This document shows positions 46,901 to 59,900 of a stretch of DNA of 64,000 nt, one piece after another. The position numbers were made by a program, and so were the translations under genes. The DNA comes from Balanoglossus misakiensis. Taxonomy: Eukaryota > Animalia > Hemichordata. Within the stretch, counting starts at the first letter, position 1. Each line of letters starts with the position of its first letter. The stretch lies in NCBI GenBank assembly GCA_040954595.2, contig CM082577.2:18574303-18638302 (forward strand). The letters run 5' to 3'. The notes beneath the pieces were generated by a model. It saw only the letters and a program-made list of their open reading frames with translations, had not been told where the DNA came from and made no database searches.

Positions 46901-49900
46901 TCAGAAACTACAAGTCAGATTTACTTCAGATTTGGTGTGCTGGTAGTGTACCTTCTGCCCATCATTTTTGTAATTGGATATTTTGCTGTAAATGTTGCAG
47001 TTTTTTTGCTACAATTTTTTTTCTGAAATCTGGCTTAAATTTCAAAAATCTTCTTCTCCAGAACCGGTGATAACTGAGTCACGCGGTTTGGGGTATGTGG
47101 TCACCTAACTGATGTCTATCAAGTTTGCGAAGATCATTGTGATTGGTCGAAGATTATGGCGGCCATATTGGATTTTCGAAAAACCATAGTAAAATTTCAA
47201 AAATCTTCTTCTCAAGAACGGGCGATAACCGAGTCACAAGATTTGGTGTGTGTGGTCATTAAACAGGTGTCTATCAAGTTTGCGAAGGGGAATGTGATTG
47301 GTCGAAGATTATGGCGGCCATATTGGATTTTGTGAAAAACGATTAAAAAGTAAAAATTCCTTTTCTAGCCTAAAAATTGATAGCACAGAAATTCTTTTTA
47401 TGGATATGAATCATCATATGACAAGAATAAGCTATAAATATTTTGGTAATTTTGGCAATGACCTTTGACCTACTTTTGACGCATCATTTTTCTGCATATC
47501 TAATTCCAGGCTTACCAATAGGGCTATAAGTTTGGTTTTTGATGTATGTGGATTTGTATGTGATCAAAAAATGTTGCTACTTTTCATGACCCCTTTGACC
47601 TCTGGTGACCTCATTAAATATGCGCATACCTAATTAATGATGAACCAATACACCTAGAGGTTTTGTTTTTGTTATACATGGACCAGTATGGGGTCAAAAT
47701 ATTTTGCCCAAATGTTGGGTGACCTCGGGTGACCTTTGACCTACTTTTGCATATCTCGACATCCACAGCAGATACAACCTTGGCGTTTGGAGGTATGGGG
47801 CCATAATGAAAAGCCACAGTTTTGGGTCACCTTTGACACCTGCTTAACTCATTATTTATGTGCATACCTAATTCCGGGCTAACCAAAAGGGCTAGAGGTC
47901 TGGTTTTTGTTGGACATGGACCACTATGGGTCACAATTTTCTGCCCAAATTGTGGGTGACCTCTGGGTGACCTTTGACCTACTTAACACTATATCAACAC
48001 CAAGCATAGATATAACCTTGATATTTCATGGGATAAAACACAGCATTATGTTTCTACTCATTAATTATGTGCATATCTAATAATCTGATCAGATAATAGA
48101 GCTTGGGCCCGGACAATGCTGCTTGCAGCTTTAATCTGTCTTTCTTTCTTTCTTTATTCTTGTGTCATTTCTTTGTCGCTCTAGATCTCAGACACCGCTG
48201 CAGGTACACTTCTCAAACTTGCTACAGTGGTCAAGGTCAATGGGTAGTCGTGCATTGAACCCTTGAATTTTTAATTAGTCACGTGACATGGCAGCCATAT
48301 TGGATATTCTGAAAAAATGCAAATCTCAGATCTCAGAAACTACAAGTCAGATCGACTTCAAATTTGGTGTGCAGGTAGTCTACCTTCTACCCATCATTTT
48401 TGTAATTGGATATTTTGCTGTAAATGTTGCAGTTTTTTTGCTACAATTTTTTTTCTGAAATCTGGCTTTAATTTCAAAAATCTTCTTCTCCAGAACCGGT
48501 GATAACCGAGTGACGCGGTTTGGGGTATGTGGTCACCTAACTGATGTCTATCAAGTTTGATAAGAAGCATTGTGATTGGTCGAAGATTATGGCGGCCATA
48601 TTGGATTTTCGAAAAACCATAGTAAAACTGCAAAAATCTTCTACTCCAGAACGGGCGATAAATGAGTCGCAAGATTCGGGGAGTATGGTCACAACACTGA
48701 TGTCTATCAAGTTTGCAAAGAGCATTGTGATTGGTCGAAGATTATGGCGGCCATATTGGATTTCGTAAAAAGCAGTGAAAAATTGAAATTCCTTTTCCTA
48801 GTCTAAAAATTGATAGCATACAAATTCTTTTCATGGATATCAATCTTCATATGACTAAAATATGTTACAAATTTTTGGCGATTTTTCACATGACCTTTGA
48901 CCTACTTATCACGCGTTATTATTTCTGCATATCTAATTCAAGGCTAACCTATAGGGCTAGACGTTTGGTTTTTGATGCATGTGGATTAGTGTGTGATCAA
49001 AATATTTTGCTACTTTTCATGACCCCTTTGACCTCTGCTGACCTCATTAATTATGTGCATAGCTAATTACAGGCGAACCAATAGAGCTAGAGGTTTGGTT
49101 TTTGTTGGACATGGACATGTATGGGATCAAAATTTTTTGCCCAAATTTTGGAAGACCTCTGGTGACCTTTGACCTACTTTCGCATATCTCAGCATCCAGA
49201 GCAGATACATCCATGGCATTTGGCAGGATGGGACCAGAATGTAAAGCCACATTTTTGGGTCACCTGTGACACCTGCTGACCTCATTAAATCTGCACATAC
49301 CTGATTACATCCGAACCAAAAGAGCTAGAGTTTTGGTTTTTGTTGGACATGGACCAGTATGGGTAAAAAAAAATTGCCCAAATGTTGGGTGACCTTAGGT
49401 GACCTTTGACCTACTTCACCCTATTTTAGCAGCAAAAATACACACATCCTTGTTATGTCATGCGATAATACATCCGATAGAAAATTCTGTTTCTTCTCAT
49501 TCATACTGTGCATATATAATTCAAGATCAGCGCTTGGGCCCGACAATGCTGCTCGCAGCTTTAATTAGGGCCCAAGCGCTTGCTTGCGCTTGGGCCCTAT
49601 TGGTTTCGTTGGGGTTTTTAGGGCCCAAGCCAAGCCAGGCTTGGGCCCTATTGGTTTCGTTGGAATTTTTCAGTCTTTCTTTCTTTCTTTATTCTTATGT
49701 CAATTCTTTGTCGCTCTAGATCTCAGACACTGCTGCAGGTACACTTCTCAAACTTGCTACAGTGGTCAAGGTCAATGAGTAGTCGTGCATTGAACCCTTG
49801 AATTTTTAATTAGTCACGTGACCTGGCGGCCATCTTGGATTTTCTGAAAAAATGCAAATCTCAGATCTCAGAAACTACAAGTCAGATCGACTTCAAATTT

Positions 49901-52900
49901 GGCGTGCAGGTAAACTACCTTCTGCCCATCATTTTTGTAATTGGAAATTATGCTGTCAATGTTGCAGTTTTTTTGCTACAGTTGTTTTTCTGAAATCTGG
50001 TCAAAATTTCAAAAATCTTCTTCTCCAGAACCGGTGATAACCGGGACACGGGGTTTGGGGTATGTGGTCACCAAACTGAGGTCTATCAAGTTTGCGAAGA
50101 TCATTGTGATTGGTCGAAGATTATGGCGGCCATATTGGATTTTTGAAAAACCCTAGTAAAATTTCAAAAATCTTCTTCTCAAGAACCGGCGATAACTGAG
50201 TCACAAGATTTGGTGTGTGTGGTCATTAAACAGATGTCTATCAAGTTTGCGAAGAGGAATGTGATTGGTCGAAGATTATGGCGGCCATATTGGATTTTGT
50301 GAAAAACGATTAAAAAGTAAAAATTCCCTTTCTAGCCTAAAAATTGATAGCACAGAAATTCTTTTTATGGATATGAATCATCATATGCCAAGAATAAGCT
50401 ATAAATATTTCGGTAATTTTGGCAATGACCTTTGACCTACTTTTGACGCATCATTTTTCTGCATATCTAATTCCAGGCTAACCTTTAAGGCTATCATTTT
50501 GGTTTTTGATGTATGTGGATTTGTATGTGTTCAAAAATTTTTGCTACTTTTCATGACCCCTTTGACCTCTGCTGACCTCATTAAATATGCACATACCTAA
50601 TTACAGATGAACCAATAGAACTAGAGGTTTTGTTTCTGTTATACATGGACCAGTATGGGGTCAAAATATCTGGCCCAAATGTTGGGTGACCTCGGGTGAC
50701 CTTTGAGTTACTTAACACTATATCAGCATCAGATCAGATAATAGAGCTTGGGCCCGGACAATGCTGCTTGCAGCTTTAATTCTTTCTTTCTTTCTTTCTT
50801 TTTTCTTGTGTCAATTCTTCGGCCAACGAGATCTCTGAAACTACTGCAGGTACACTGCTCAAACTTGCTACAGTGGTCAAGGTCAATAAGTAGATGTGCA
50901 GTGACTTGTGAATACTTAATTAGTCACGTGACCTGGCGGCCATATTGGATTTTCTGAAAAAATGCAAATCTCAGATCTCAGAAACTACAAGTCAGATCGA
51001 CTTCAGATTTGGCGTGCAGGTAGTGTACCTTCTACCCATCATTTTTGTAATTGGATATTTTGCTGTCAATGTTGCAGTTTTTTTGCTACAGTTGTTTTTC
51101 TGAAATCTGGTCAAAATTTCAAAAATCTTCTTCTCCAGAACCGGCGATAACCGAGTCACGCGGTTTGTGGTATGTGGTCACCTAACTGATGTCTATCAAG
51201 TTTGCGAAGATCATTGTGATTGGTCAAAGATTATGGCGGCCATATTGGATTTTCGAAAAACCATAGTAAAGCTCAAAAAATCTTCTTCTCCAGAACAGGC
51301 AATAACTGAGTCGCAAGATTCGGGGAGTGTGGTCACTACACTGATGTCTATCAAGTTTGCAAAGAACATTGTGATTGGTCGAAAATTATGGCGGCCATAT
51401 TGGATTTTGTAAAAAGCAGTGAAAAATTGAAATTCCTTTTTCTAGTCTAAAAATTGATAGCATACAAATTCTTTTTATGGATATCAATCGTCATGTGACT
51501 AAAATATGTTACAATTTTTTGGCGATTTTTCACATGACCTTTGACCTACTTATCACGCGTTATTATTTCTGCATATTTAATTCCAGGCTAACCTATAGGG
51601 CTAGACGTTTGGTTTTTGATGAATGTGGATTAGTGTGTGATCAAAATATTTTGCTACTTTTCATGACCCCTTTGACCTCTGCTGACCTCATTAATTATGT
51701 GCATAGCTAATTACAGGCGAACCAATAGAGCTAGAGGTTTGGTTTTTGTTGGACATGGACCAGTATGGGATCAACATTTTTTGCCCAAATGTTGGGTGAC
51801 CTCTGGTGACCTTTGACCTACTTTCGCATATCTCAGCATCCAGAGCAGATACAGCCATGGCATTTGGTAGGATGGGACCAAAATGTAAAGCCACATTTTT
51901 GGGTCACCTGTGACACCTGCTGACCTCATTAAATATGCACATACCTAATTACAGGCGAACCAATAGAGCTAGACTTTTGGTTTTTGTTGGACATGGACCA
52001 GTATGGGTAAAAAAAATTGCCCAAATTGTGGGTGACCTCAGGTGACCTTTGACCTACTTCACCCTATTTCAGCAGCAAAAATACACACATCCTTGTTATG
52101 TCATGAGATAATACATCCGATAGAAAATTCTGTTTCTTCTCATTCATACTGTGCATATATAATTCAAGATCAGCGCTTGGGCCCGACAATGCTGCTTGCA
52201 GCTTTAATTCTTTCTTTCTTTTTTCTTGTGTCAATTTCTTCGGCCAACGAGATCTCTGAAACTACTGCAGGTACACTTCTCAAACTTGCTACAGTGGTCA
52301 AGGTCAATGAGTAGATGTGCAGTGACTTGTGAATAATTAATTAGTCACGTGACCTGGCGGCCATATTGGATTTTCTGAAAAAAATCAAATCTCAGATCTC
52401 AGAAACTACAAGTCAGATCGACTTCAAATTTGGCATGCAGGTAGACTACCTTCTACCCATCATTTTTGTAATTGGAAATTTTGCTGTCAATGTTGCAGTT
52501 TTTTTGCTACAATTTTTTTTCTGAAATCTGGCTTAAATTTCAAAAATCTTCTTCTCCAGAACCAGTGATAACCGAGACACGGGGTTTGGGGTATGTGGTC
52601 ACCTTACTGATGTCTATCAAGTTTGCGAAGATCATTGTGATTGGTCGAAGATTATGGCGGCCATATTGGATTTTAGAAAAACCATAGTTAAACTCCAAAA
52701 ATCTTCTTCTCCAGAACGGGCGATGACTGAGTCGCAAGATTCGGGGAGTATGGTCACTACACTGATGTCTATCAAGTTTGCAAGGAGCATTGTGATTGGT
52801 CGAAGATTATGGCGGCCATATTGTATTTTGTAAAAAGCAGTGAAAAATTTAAATTCCTTTTTCTAGTCTAAAAATTGATAGCATACAAATTCTTTTTATG

Positions 52901-55900
52901 GATATCAATTGTCATGTGACTAAAATATGTTACAATTTTTTGGCGATTTTTCACATGACCTTTGACCTACTTATCACGCGTTATTATTTCTGCATATCTA
53001 ATTCCAGGCTAACCTATAGGGCTAGACGTTTGGTTTTTGATGAATGTGGATTAGTGTGTGATCAAAATATTTTGCTACTTTTCATGACCTCTGCTGACCT
53101 CATTAATTATGTACATAGCTAATTACAGACGAACCAATAGAGCTAGAGGTTTGGTTTTTGTTGGACACAGACCAGTATGGGATCAAAATTTTTGCCCAAA
53201 TTTTGGGTGACCTCTGGTGACCTTTGACCTACTTTCGCATATCTCAGCATCCAGAGCAGATACAGCCATGGCATTTGGTAGGATGGGACCAAAATGTAAA
53301 GCCACATTTTTGGGTCACCTGTGACATCTGCTGACCTCATTAAATATGCACATACCTAATTACAGGCGAACCAATAGAGCTAGAGTTTTGGTTTTTGTTG
53401 GACATGGACCAGTATGGGTAAAAAAAATTGCCCAAATTGTGGGTGACCTCAGGTGACCTTTGACCTACTTCACCCTATTTCAGCAGCAAAAATACACACA
53501 TCCTTGTTATGTCATGAGATAATACATCCGATAAAAAATTCTGTTTCTTCTCATTCATACTGTGCATATATAATTCAAGATCAGCGCTTGGGCCCGACAA
53601 TGCTGCTCGCAGCTTTAATTAGGGCCCAAGCGCATACCAGCGCTTGGGCCCTATTGGTTTCGTTGGGGTTTTTCTGTCTTTCCTTCTTTCTTCTTTCTTT
53701 CTTTATTCTTGTGTCAATTCTTTGTCGCTCTAGATCTCAGACACCACTGCAGGTACAGTTCTCAAACTTGCTACAGTGGTCAAGGTCAATGAGTAGTCGT
53801 GCATTGAACCCATGAATTTTTAATTAGTCACATGACCTGGCGGCCATCTTGGATTTTCTGAAAAAATGCAAATCTCAGATCTCAGAAACTACAAGTCAGA
53901 TCAACTTCAAATTTGGCATGCAGGTAGACTACCTTCAGCCTATCATTTTTGTAATTGGAAATTATGCTGACAATGTTGCAGTTTTTTTGCTACAATTTTT
54001 TTTCTGAAATCTGGCTTAAATTTCAAAAATCTTCTTCTCCAGAACCGGCGATAACCGAGTCACGCCGTTTGGGGTATGTGGTCACCTAACAGATGTCTAT
54101 CAAGTTTGCGAAGATCATTGTGATTGGTCGAAGATTATGGCGGCCATATTGGATTTTCGAAAAACCATAGTAAAACTTCAAAAATCTTCTTCTCCAGAAC
54201 TGGCGATAACCGAGTCACAAGATTTGGTGTGTGTGATCATTAAACAGATGTCTATCAAGTTTGCGAAGGGGAATGTGATTGGTCGAAGATTATGGCGGCC
54301 ATATTGGATTTTGTAAAAAGCAGTGAAAAATTAAAATTCCTTTTTCTAGTATAAAAATTAATAGCATACAAATTCTTTTTATGGATATCAATCGTCATAT
54401 GACTACAATATGTTACAAATTTTTGGCGATTTTTCACATGACCTTTGACCTACTTTTCACACATTATTATTTCTGCATATCTATTTCCAGGCTAACCTAT
54501 AGGGCTAGACGTTTTGTTTTTGATGCATGTGGATTAGTGTGTGATCAAAATATTTTGCTACTTTTCATGACCCCTTTGACCTCTGCTGACCTCATTAATT
54601 ATGTGCATAGCTAATTACAGGCGAACCAATTGAGCTAGAGGTTTGGTTTTTGTTGGACATGGACCAGTATGGGGTCAAAATTTTTTGCCCAAATTTTGGA
54701 TGACCTCAGATGACCTTTGACCTACTTTTGCATATCTCAGCATCCAAAGCAGGCACAGCCTTGGCATTTGGAGGTATGGGGCCATAATGAAAAGCCAAAG
54801 TTTTGGGTCACCTGTGACGCCTGCTTTACTCACTATTTATGTGCATACCTAATTCCGGGCTAACCAAAAGGGCTAGAGGTCTGGTTTTTGTTGGACATGG
54901 ACCACTATGGTTCAAAATTTTCTGCCCAAATTTTGGATGACCTCAGATGACCTTTGACCTACTTTTGCATATCTCGGCATCCAAAGCAGGTACAGCCTTG
55001 GCATTTGGAGTTATGGGGCCATAATGAAAAGCCAAAGTTTTGGGTCACATGTGACACCTGCTTTACACATTATTTATCTGCATACCTAATTCCGGGCTAA
55101 CCAAAAGGGCTAGAGGTCTGGTTTTTGTTGGACATGGACCACTATGGGTCAAAATTTTCTGCCCAAATTTTGGCTGACCTCGGGTGACCTTTGACCTACT
55201 TTTGCATATCTCGACATCCACAGCAGATACAGCCTTGGTATTTGGAGGTAAGGGGCCATAATGAAAAACCAAAGTTTTGGGTCACCTATGACACCTGCTT
55301 AACTCATTATTTATGTGCATACCTAATTCCGGGCTAACCAAAAGGGCTAGAGGTCTGGTTTTTGTTGGACATGGACCACTATGGGTCAAAATTTTCTGCC
55401 CAAATTTTGGGTGACCTCAGATGACCTTTGACCTACTTAACACAATATCAGCACCAAACATAGATATAACCTTGATATGTCATGGGATAAAACACAGCAT
55501 TATGTTTCTACTCATTAATTATGTGCAGATCAGATAATAGAGCTTGGGCCCGGACAATGCTGCTTGCAGCTTTAATTATTCTTGGTTCCATTTTTCGGCC
55601 ACCTAAATCTCAAAAACTGCAGCACCAACCAGGCTGAAACTTGGTAGGCATTTAGGGGCCAATGAGTAGATGTGCAGTGGCTCGTGAATATTTAATTAGT
55701 CACGTGACCTGGCGGCCATATTGGATTTTCTGAAAAAATGCAAATCTCAGATCTCAGAAACTACAAGTCAGATTGACTTCAAATTTGGTGTGCAGCTAGT
55801 ATACCTTATGCCCATCATTTTTGTAATTGGATATTATGCTGTCAATGTTGCAGTTTTTTTGCTACAGTTGTTTTTCTGAAATCTGGTCAAATTTTCAAAA

Positions 55901-56916
55901 ATCTTCTTCTCCAGAACCGGCGATAACCGAGTCACGCCATTTGAGGTATGTGGTCACCTAACTGATGTCTATCAAGTTTGCGAAGATCATTGTGATTGGT
56001 CGAAGATTATGGCGGCCATATTGGATTTTCGAAAAACCATACTAAAACTTCAAAAATCTTCTTCTCAAGAACGGGCAATAACCGAGTCACAAGATTTGGT
56101 GTGTGTGGTCATTAAACTGATGTCTATCAAGTTTGCGAAGGGGAATGTGATTGGTCGAAGATTATGGCGGCCATATTGGATTTTGTGAAAAACGATTAAA
56201 AAGTAAAAATTCCCTTTCTAGCCTAAAAATTGATAGCACAGAAATTCTTTTTATGGATATGAATCATCATATGACAAGAATAAGCTATAAATATTTTGGT
56301 AATTTTGGCAATGACCTTTGACCTACTTTTGACGCATCATTTTTCTGCATATCTAATTCTAGGCTAACCAATAGGGCTATAAGTTTGGTTTTTGATGTAT
56401 GTGGATTTGTATGTGATCAAAAAATTTTGCTACTTTTCATGACCCCTTTGACCTCTGCTGACCTCATTAAATATGCACATACCTAATTACAGATGAACCG
56501 ATAGACCTAGAGATTTTGTTTTTGTTATACATGGACCAGTATGGGGTCAAAATATTTTGCCCAAATGTTGGGTGACCTCGGGTGACCTTTGACCTAGTTT
56601 TGCATATCTCGACATCCACAGCAGATACAGCCTTGGCATTTGGAGGTATGGGGCCATAATGAAAAGCCAAAGTTTTGGGTCACCTGTGACACCTGCTTTA
56701 CTCATTATTTATGTGCATACCTAATTCCGGGCTAACCAAAATGGCTAGAGGTCTGGTTTTTGTTGGACATGGACCACTATGGGTCAAAATGTTCTGCCCA
56801 AATTGTGGATGACCCCTGGGTGACCTTTGATGTTTCTACTCATTAATTATGTGCATATCTAATAATCAGATCAGATAATAGAGCTTGGGCCCGGACAATG
56901 CTGCTTGCAGCTTTAA
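40874..56916 (+). mobile_element. HINE family A array, 11 units of ~1.2-2 kb
   Basis: Tails GCTTGGGCCC(G)GACAATGCTGCT(T/C)GCAGCTTTAA ending at ~42412, 44150, 45312, 46594, 48134, 49564, 50779, 52207, 53618, 55575 and 56916; same family as 1747-5653. Confidence 0.9.
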
Positions 56917-59900
56917 TTAGGGCCCAAGCCCAGCAGGCTTGGGCCCTATTGGTATTACTGGCTTTTTTTAGGGCCCAAGCCCAGCAGGCTTGGGCCCTAT
57001 TGGTATTACTGGGGTTTTTAGGGCCCAAGCCCAGCAGGCTTGGGCCCTATTGGTATTACTGGCTTTTTAGGGCCCAAGCCCAGCAGGCTTGGGCCCTATT
57101 GTTTTTACTGGAGTTTTTCTTCTTCTTCTTCTTCTTCTTTTTCTTCTTGTGCCGTTTTTTTCGTCAAGTAGATCTTGAAAACGGCTGAACCTACAAATCT
57201 GAAACTTGGCACAATGGTGCAGGCCTATGAGAGCTTGAGCTGTACCCTTGTGAATGTTTAATTAGTCACGTGACCTGATGACCATATATGGGCAAAATTT
57301 TGAAATCGGCCTTATTTGCATATGAATGGAGATATCAAAATTCTTTTAGCAACTTTTGCAGACCATGTGGTCAGTGTCCTACATGCAAAATGTCAAGGCC
57401 ATTGGCCATGCCAATTTTGAGAAGAAGATTTTAAGTATTATTTTTCATATTTTCTGACCAAGCCATGGGCCTATACTTTCCATAGTAAAGCTATGACCAC
57501 ATATTATTTTGGATAAATATGCATACATATCTCAAAATCTGTTAGGCCAATCATCTCCAACTTTGGTGTGCAGCTAGCCTAGCATATGTCAATAATTTTA
57601 AGCGAAAAAAAATAATATGAAAAATCGACCGATTTTTTTATATTATTTTTTTTATTAAATTTATACCTTTACTTATACTTCTATGGTTAAGCTATGTCCA
57701 TGTCTTATTGTGGAATTCTGGTCTGTGCAATAGTCCTGTACAGTGACTGTCTATTGGTCAGTGAGCACAATGGCACCAAAATAAAAGGCACAATTTTAGG
57801 CTCACCTGTAACATCTGCTTAACTCATTAATTATGTGCATACCTAATTCTGGGCTAACTAAGAGGGCTAGAGGTTTCGTTCTTGTGGGACATGGACCAGT
57901 ATAGGGTCAAAAATATTGGCCCAAATTTTGGGTGACCTCAGGTGACCTTTGACCTACTTTCCTATATCTCGGCATCCAGAGCAGGTACAGACTTGGCGTT
58001 TGGAGGGTTGGGACTAAAATTGAAAAGCCAAAATGAAGGTCACCTGTGACACCTGCATATCTCATTAATTATGTGCATACCTAATTCCCGACTAACCAAT
58101 AGGGCTATAGGTTTGGTTTTTGTTGAACATGGACCAGTATAGGGTCAAAATTTCTTGCCCAAATTTTGTATGACCTCAGGTGACCTTTGACCTACTTTAC
58201 CATATCTTGGCATCCAGAGCAGGTACCAACTTGGCGTTTGGAGGGTTGGGACTAAAATTGAAAAGGCAAAATTGGGGGTCACCTGTGACACCTGCCTACC
58301 TCATTAATTATGTGCATACCTAATTCCAGGCTAACCAATAGGGCTATAGGTTTGTTTTTTGTTGAACATGGACCAGTATAGGGTCAAAATTTCTTGCCCA
58401 AATTTTGCATGACCTCAGGTGACCTTTGACCTACTTTACCATTTCTTGGCATCCAGAGCAGGTACAGACTTGGCGTTTGGAGGGTTGGGACTAAAATTTA
58501 GAAGCCAAAATGCAGGTCACCTGTGACACCTGCATATCTCATTAATTATGTGCATACCTAATTCCAGGCTAACCAATAGGGCTATAGGTTTGGTTTTTGT
58601 TGAACATGGACCAGTATAGGGTCAAAATTTCTTGCCCAAATTTTGCATGACCTCAGGTGACCTTTGACCTACTTTACCATATCTTGGCATCCAGGGCAGA
58701 TATGCTTATTGCTATGTTGCTATGTGCTATGTGCTATGTGCTATGTTGGCTTGGGCCCGCCATTGCTGCTTGCAGCTATATTTTCTTCTACTTCTTCTTC
58801 TTTTTCTTCTTCTGTCGTTTTCTTTGGCGAGGTAGATCTGGAAAACTGCTAAACCTAACAATTTCAAACTTGGCACAATGGTGCAGGCCAATGAGAGCTA
58901 GTGCAGTACCCTTATGAATGTTAAATTAGTCACGTGACCTGATGACCATATATGGGCAAAATTTCCAAATCGGCCTTATTTGCATATGAATGGAGATATC
59001 AAAATTCTTTTAGCAACTTTTGCGGACCATGTGGTCAGTGTCCTACTTGCCAAATGTCAAGGCCATTGGCCATGCCAATTTTGAGAAGAAGATTTTTAAG
59101 TATTATTTTTCATATTTTTTTACCAAGCCATGGGCCTATACTATACATAGTTAAGCTTTGACCACATTTTATTTTGGATGAATATGCAGTCATATCTCAA
59201 AATCTGTTGGGCCGATCAACTCCAAGTTTGGTGTGCAGGTAGCTTAGCATTTGCCAATAATTTTAAGCAAAAACATTAATATGAAAAATCGACCGATTTT
59301 TTTATATTAATTTTTTTATGAAATTTATACCTTTACTTATACCTCTATGGTTAAGCTATGTCCACGTCTTATTGTAGAATTCTGGTCTGTGCAATGGTCC
59401 TGTACACTGACTGTCTATTGGCCCGTGCGCAGAATGGGACCAAAATAAAAGGCGAAATTTTGGGCTCACCTGTAACACCTGCTTAACTCATTAATTATGC
59501 GCATACCTCATTCCGGGCTAACTAATAGGGCTAGAGGTATTGTTCTTGTGTGACAAGGACTAGTATGGGGTCAAAAATGTTTACCAAATTTTGGGTGACC
59601 TCAGGTGACCTTTGACCTACTTTCCTATATCTCGGCATCCAGAGCAGGTACAGACTTGGCGTTTGGAGGGTTGGGACTAAAATTGAAAAGCCAAAATGGG
59701 GATCACCTGTGACACCTGCATATCTCATTAATTATGTGCATACCTAATTCCAGGCTAACCAATAGGGCTATAGGTTTGGTTTTTGTTGAACATGGACCAG
59801 TATAGGGTCAAAATTTCTTGCCCAAATTTTGTATGACATCAGGTGACCTTTGACCTACTTTACCAGATCTTGGCATCCAGAGCAGGTACAGACTTAGCGT

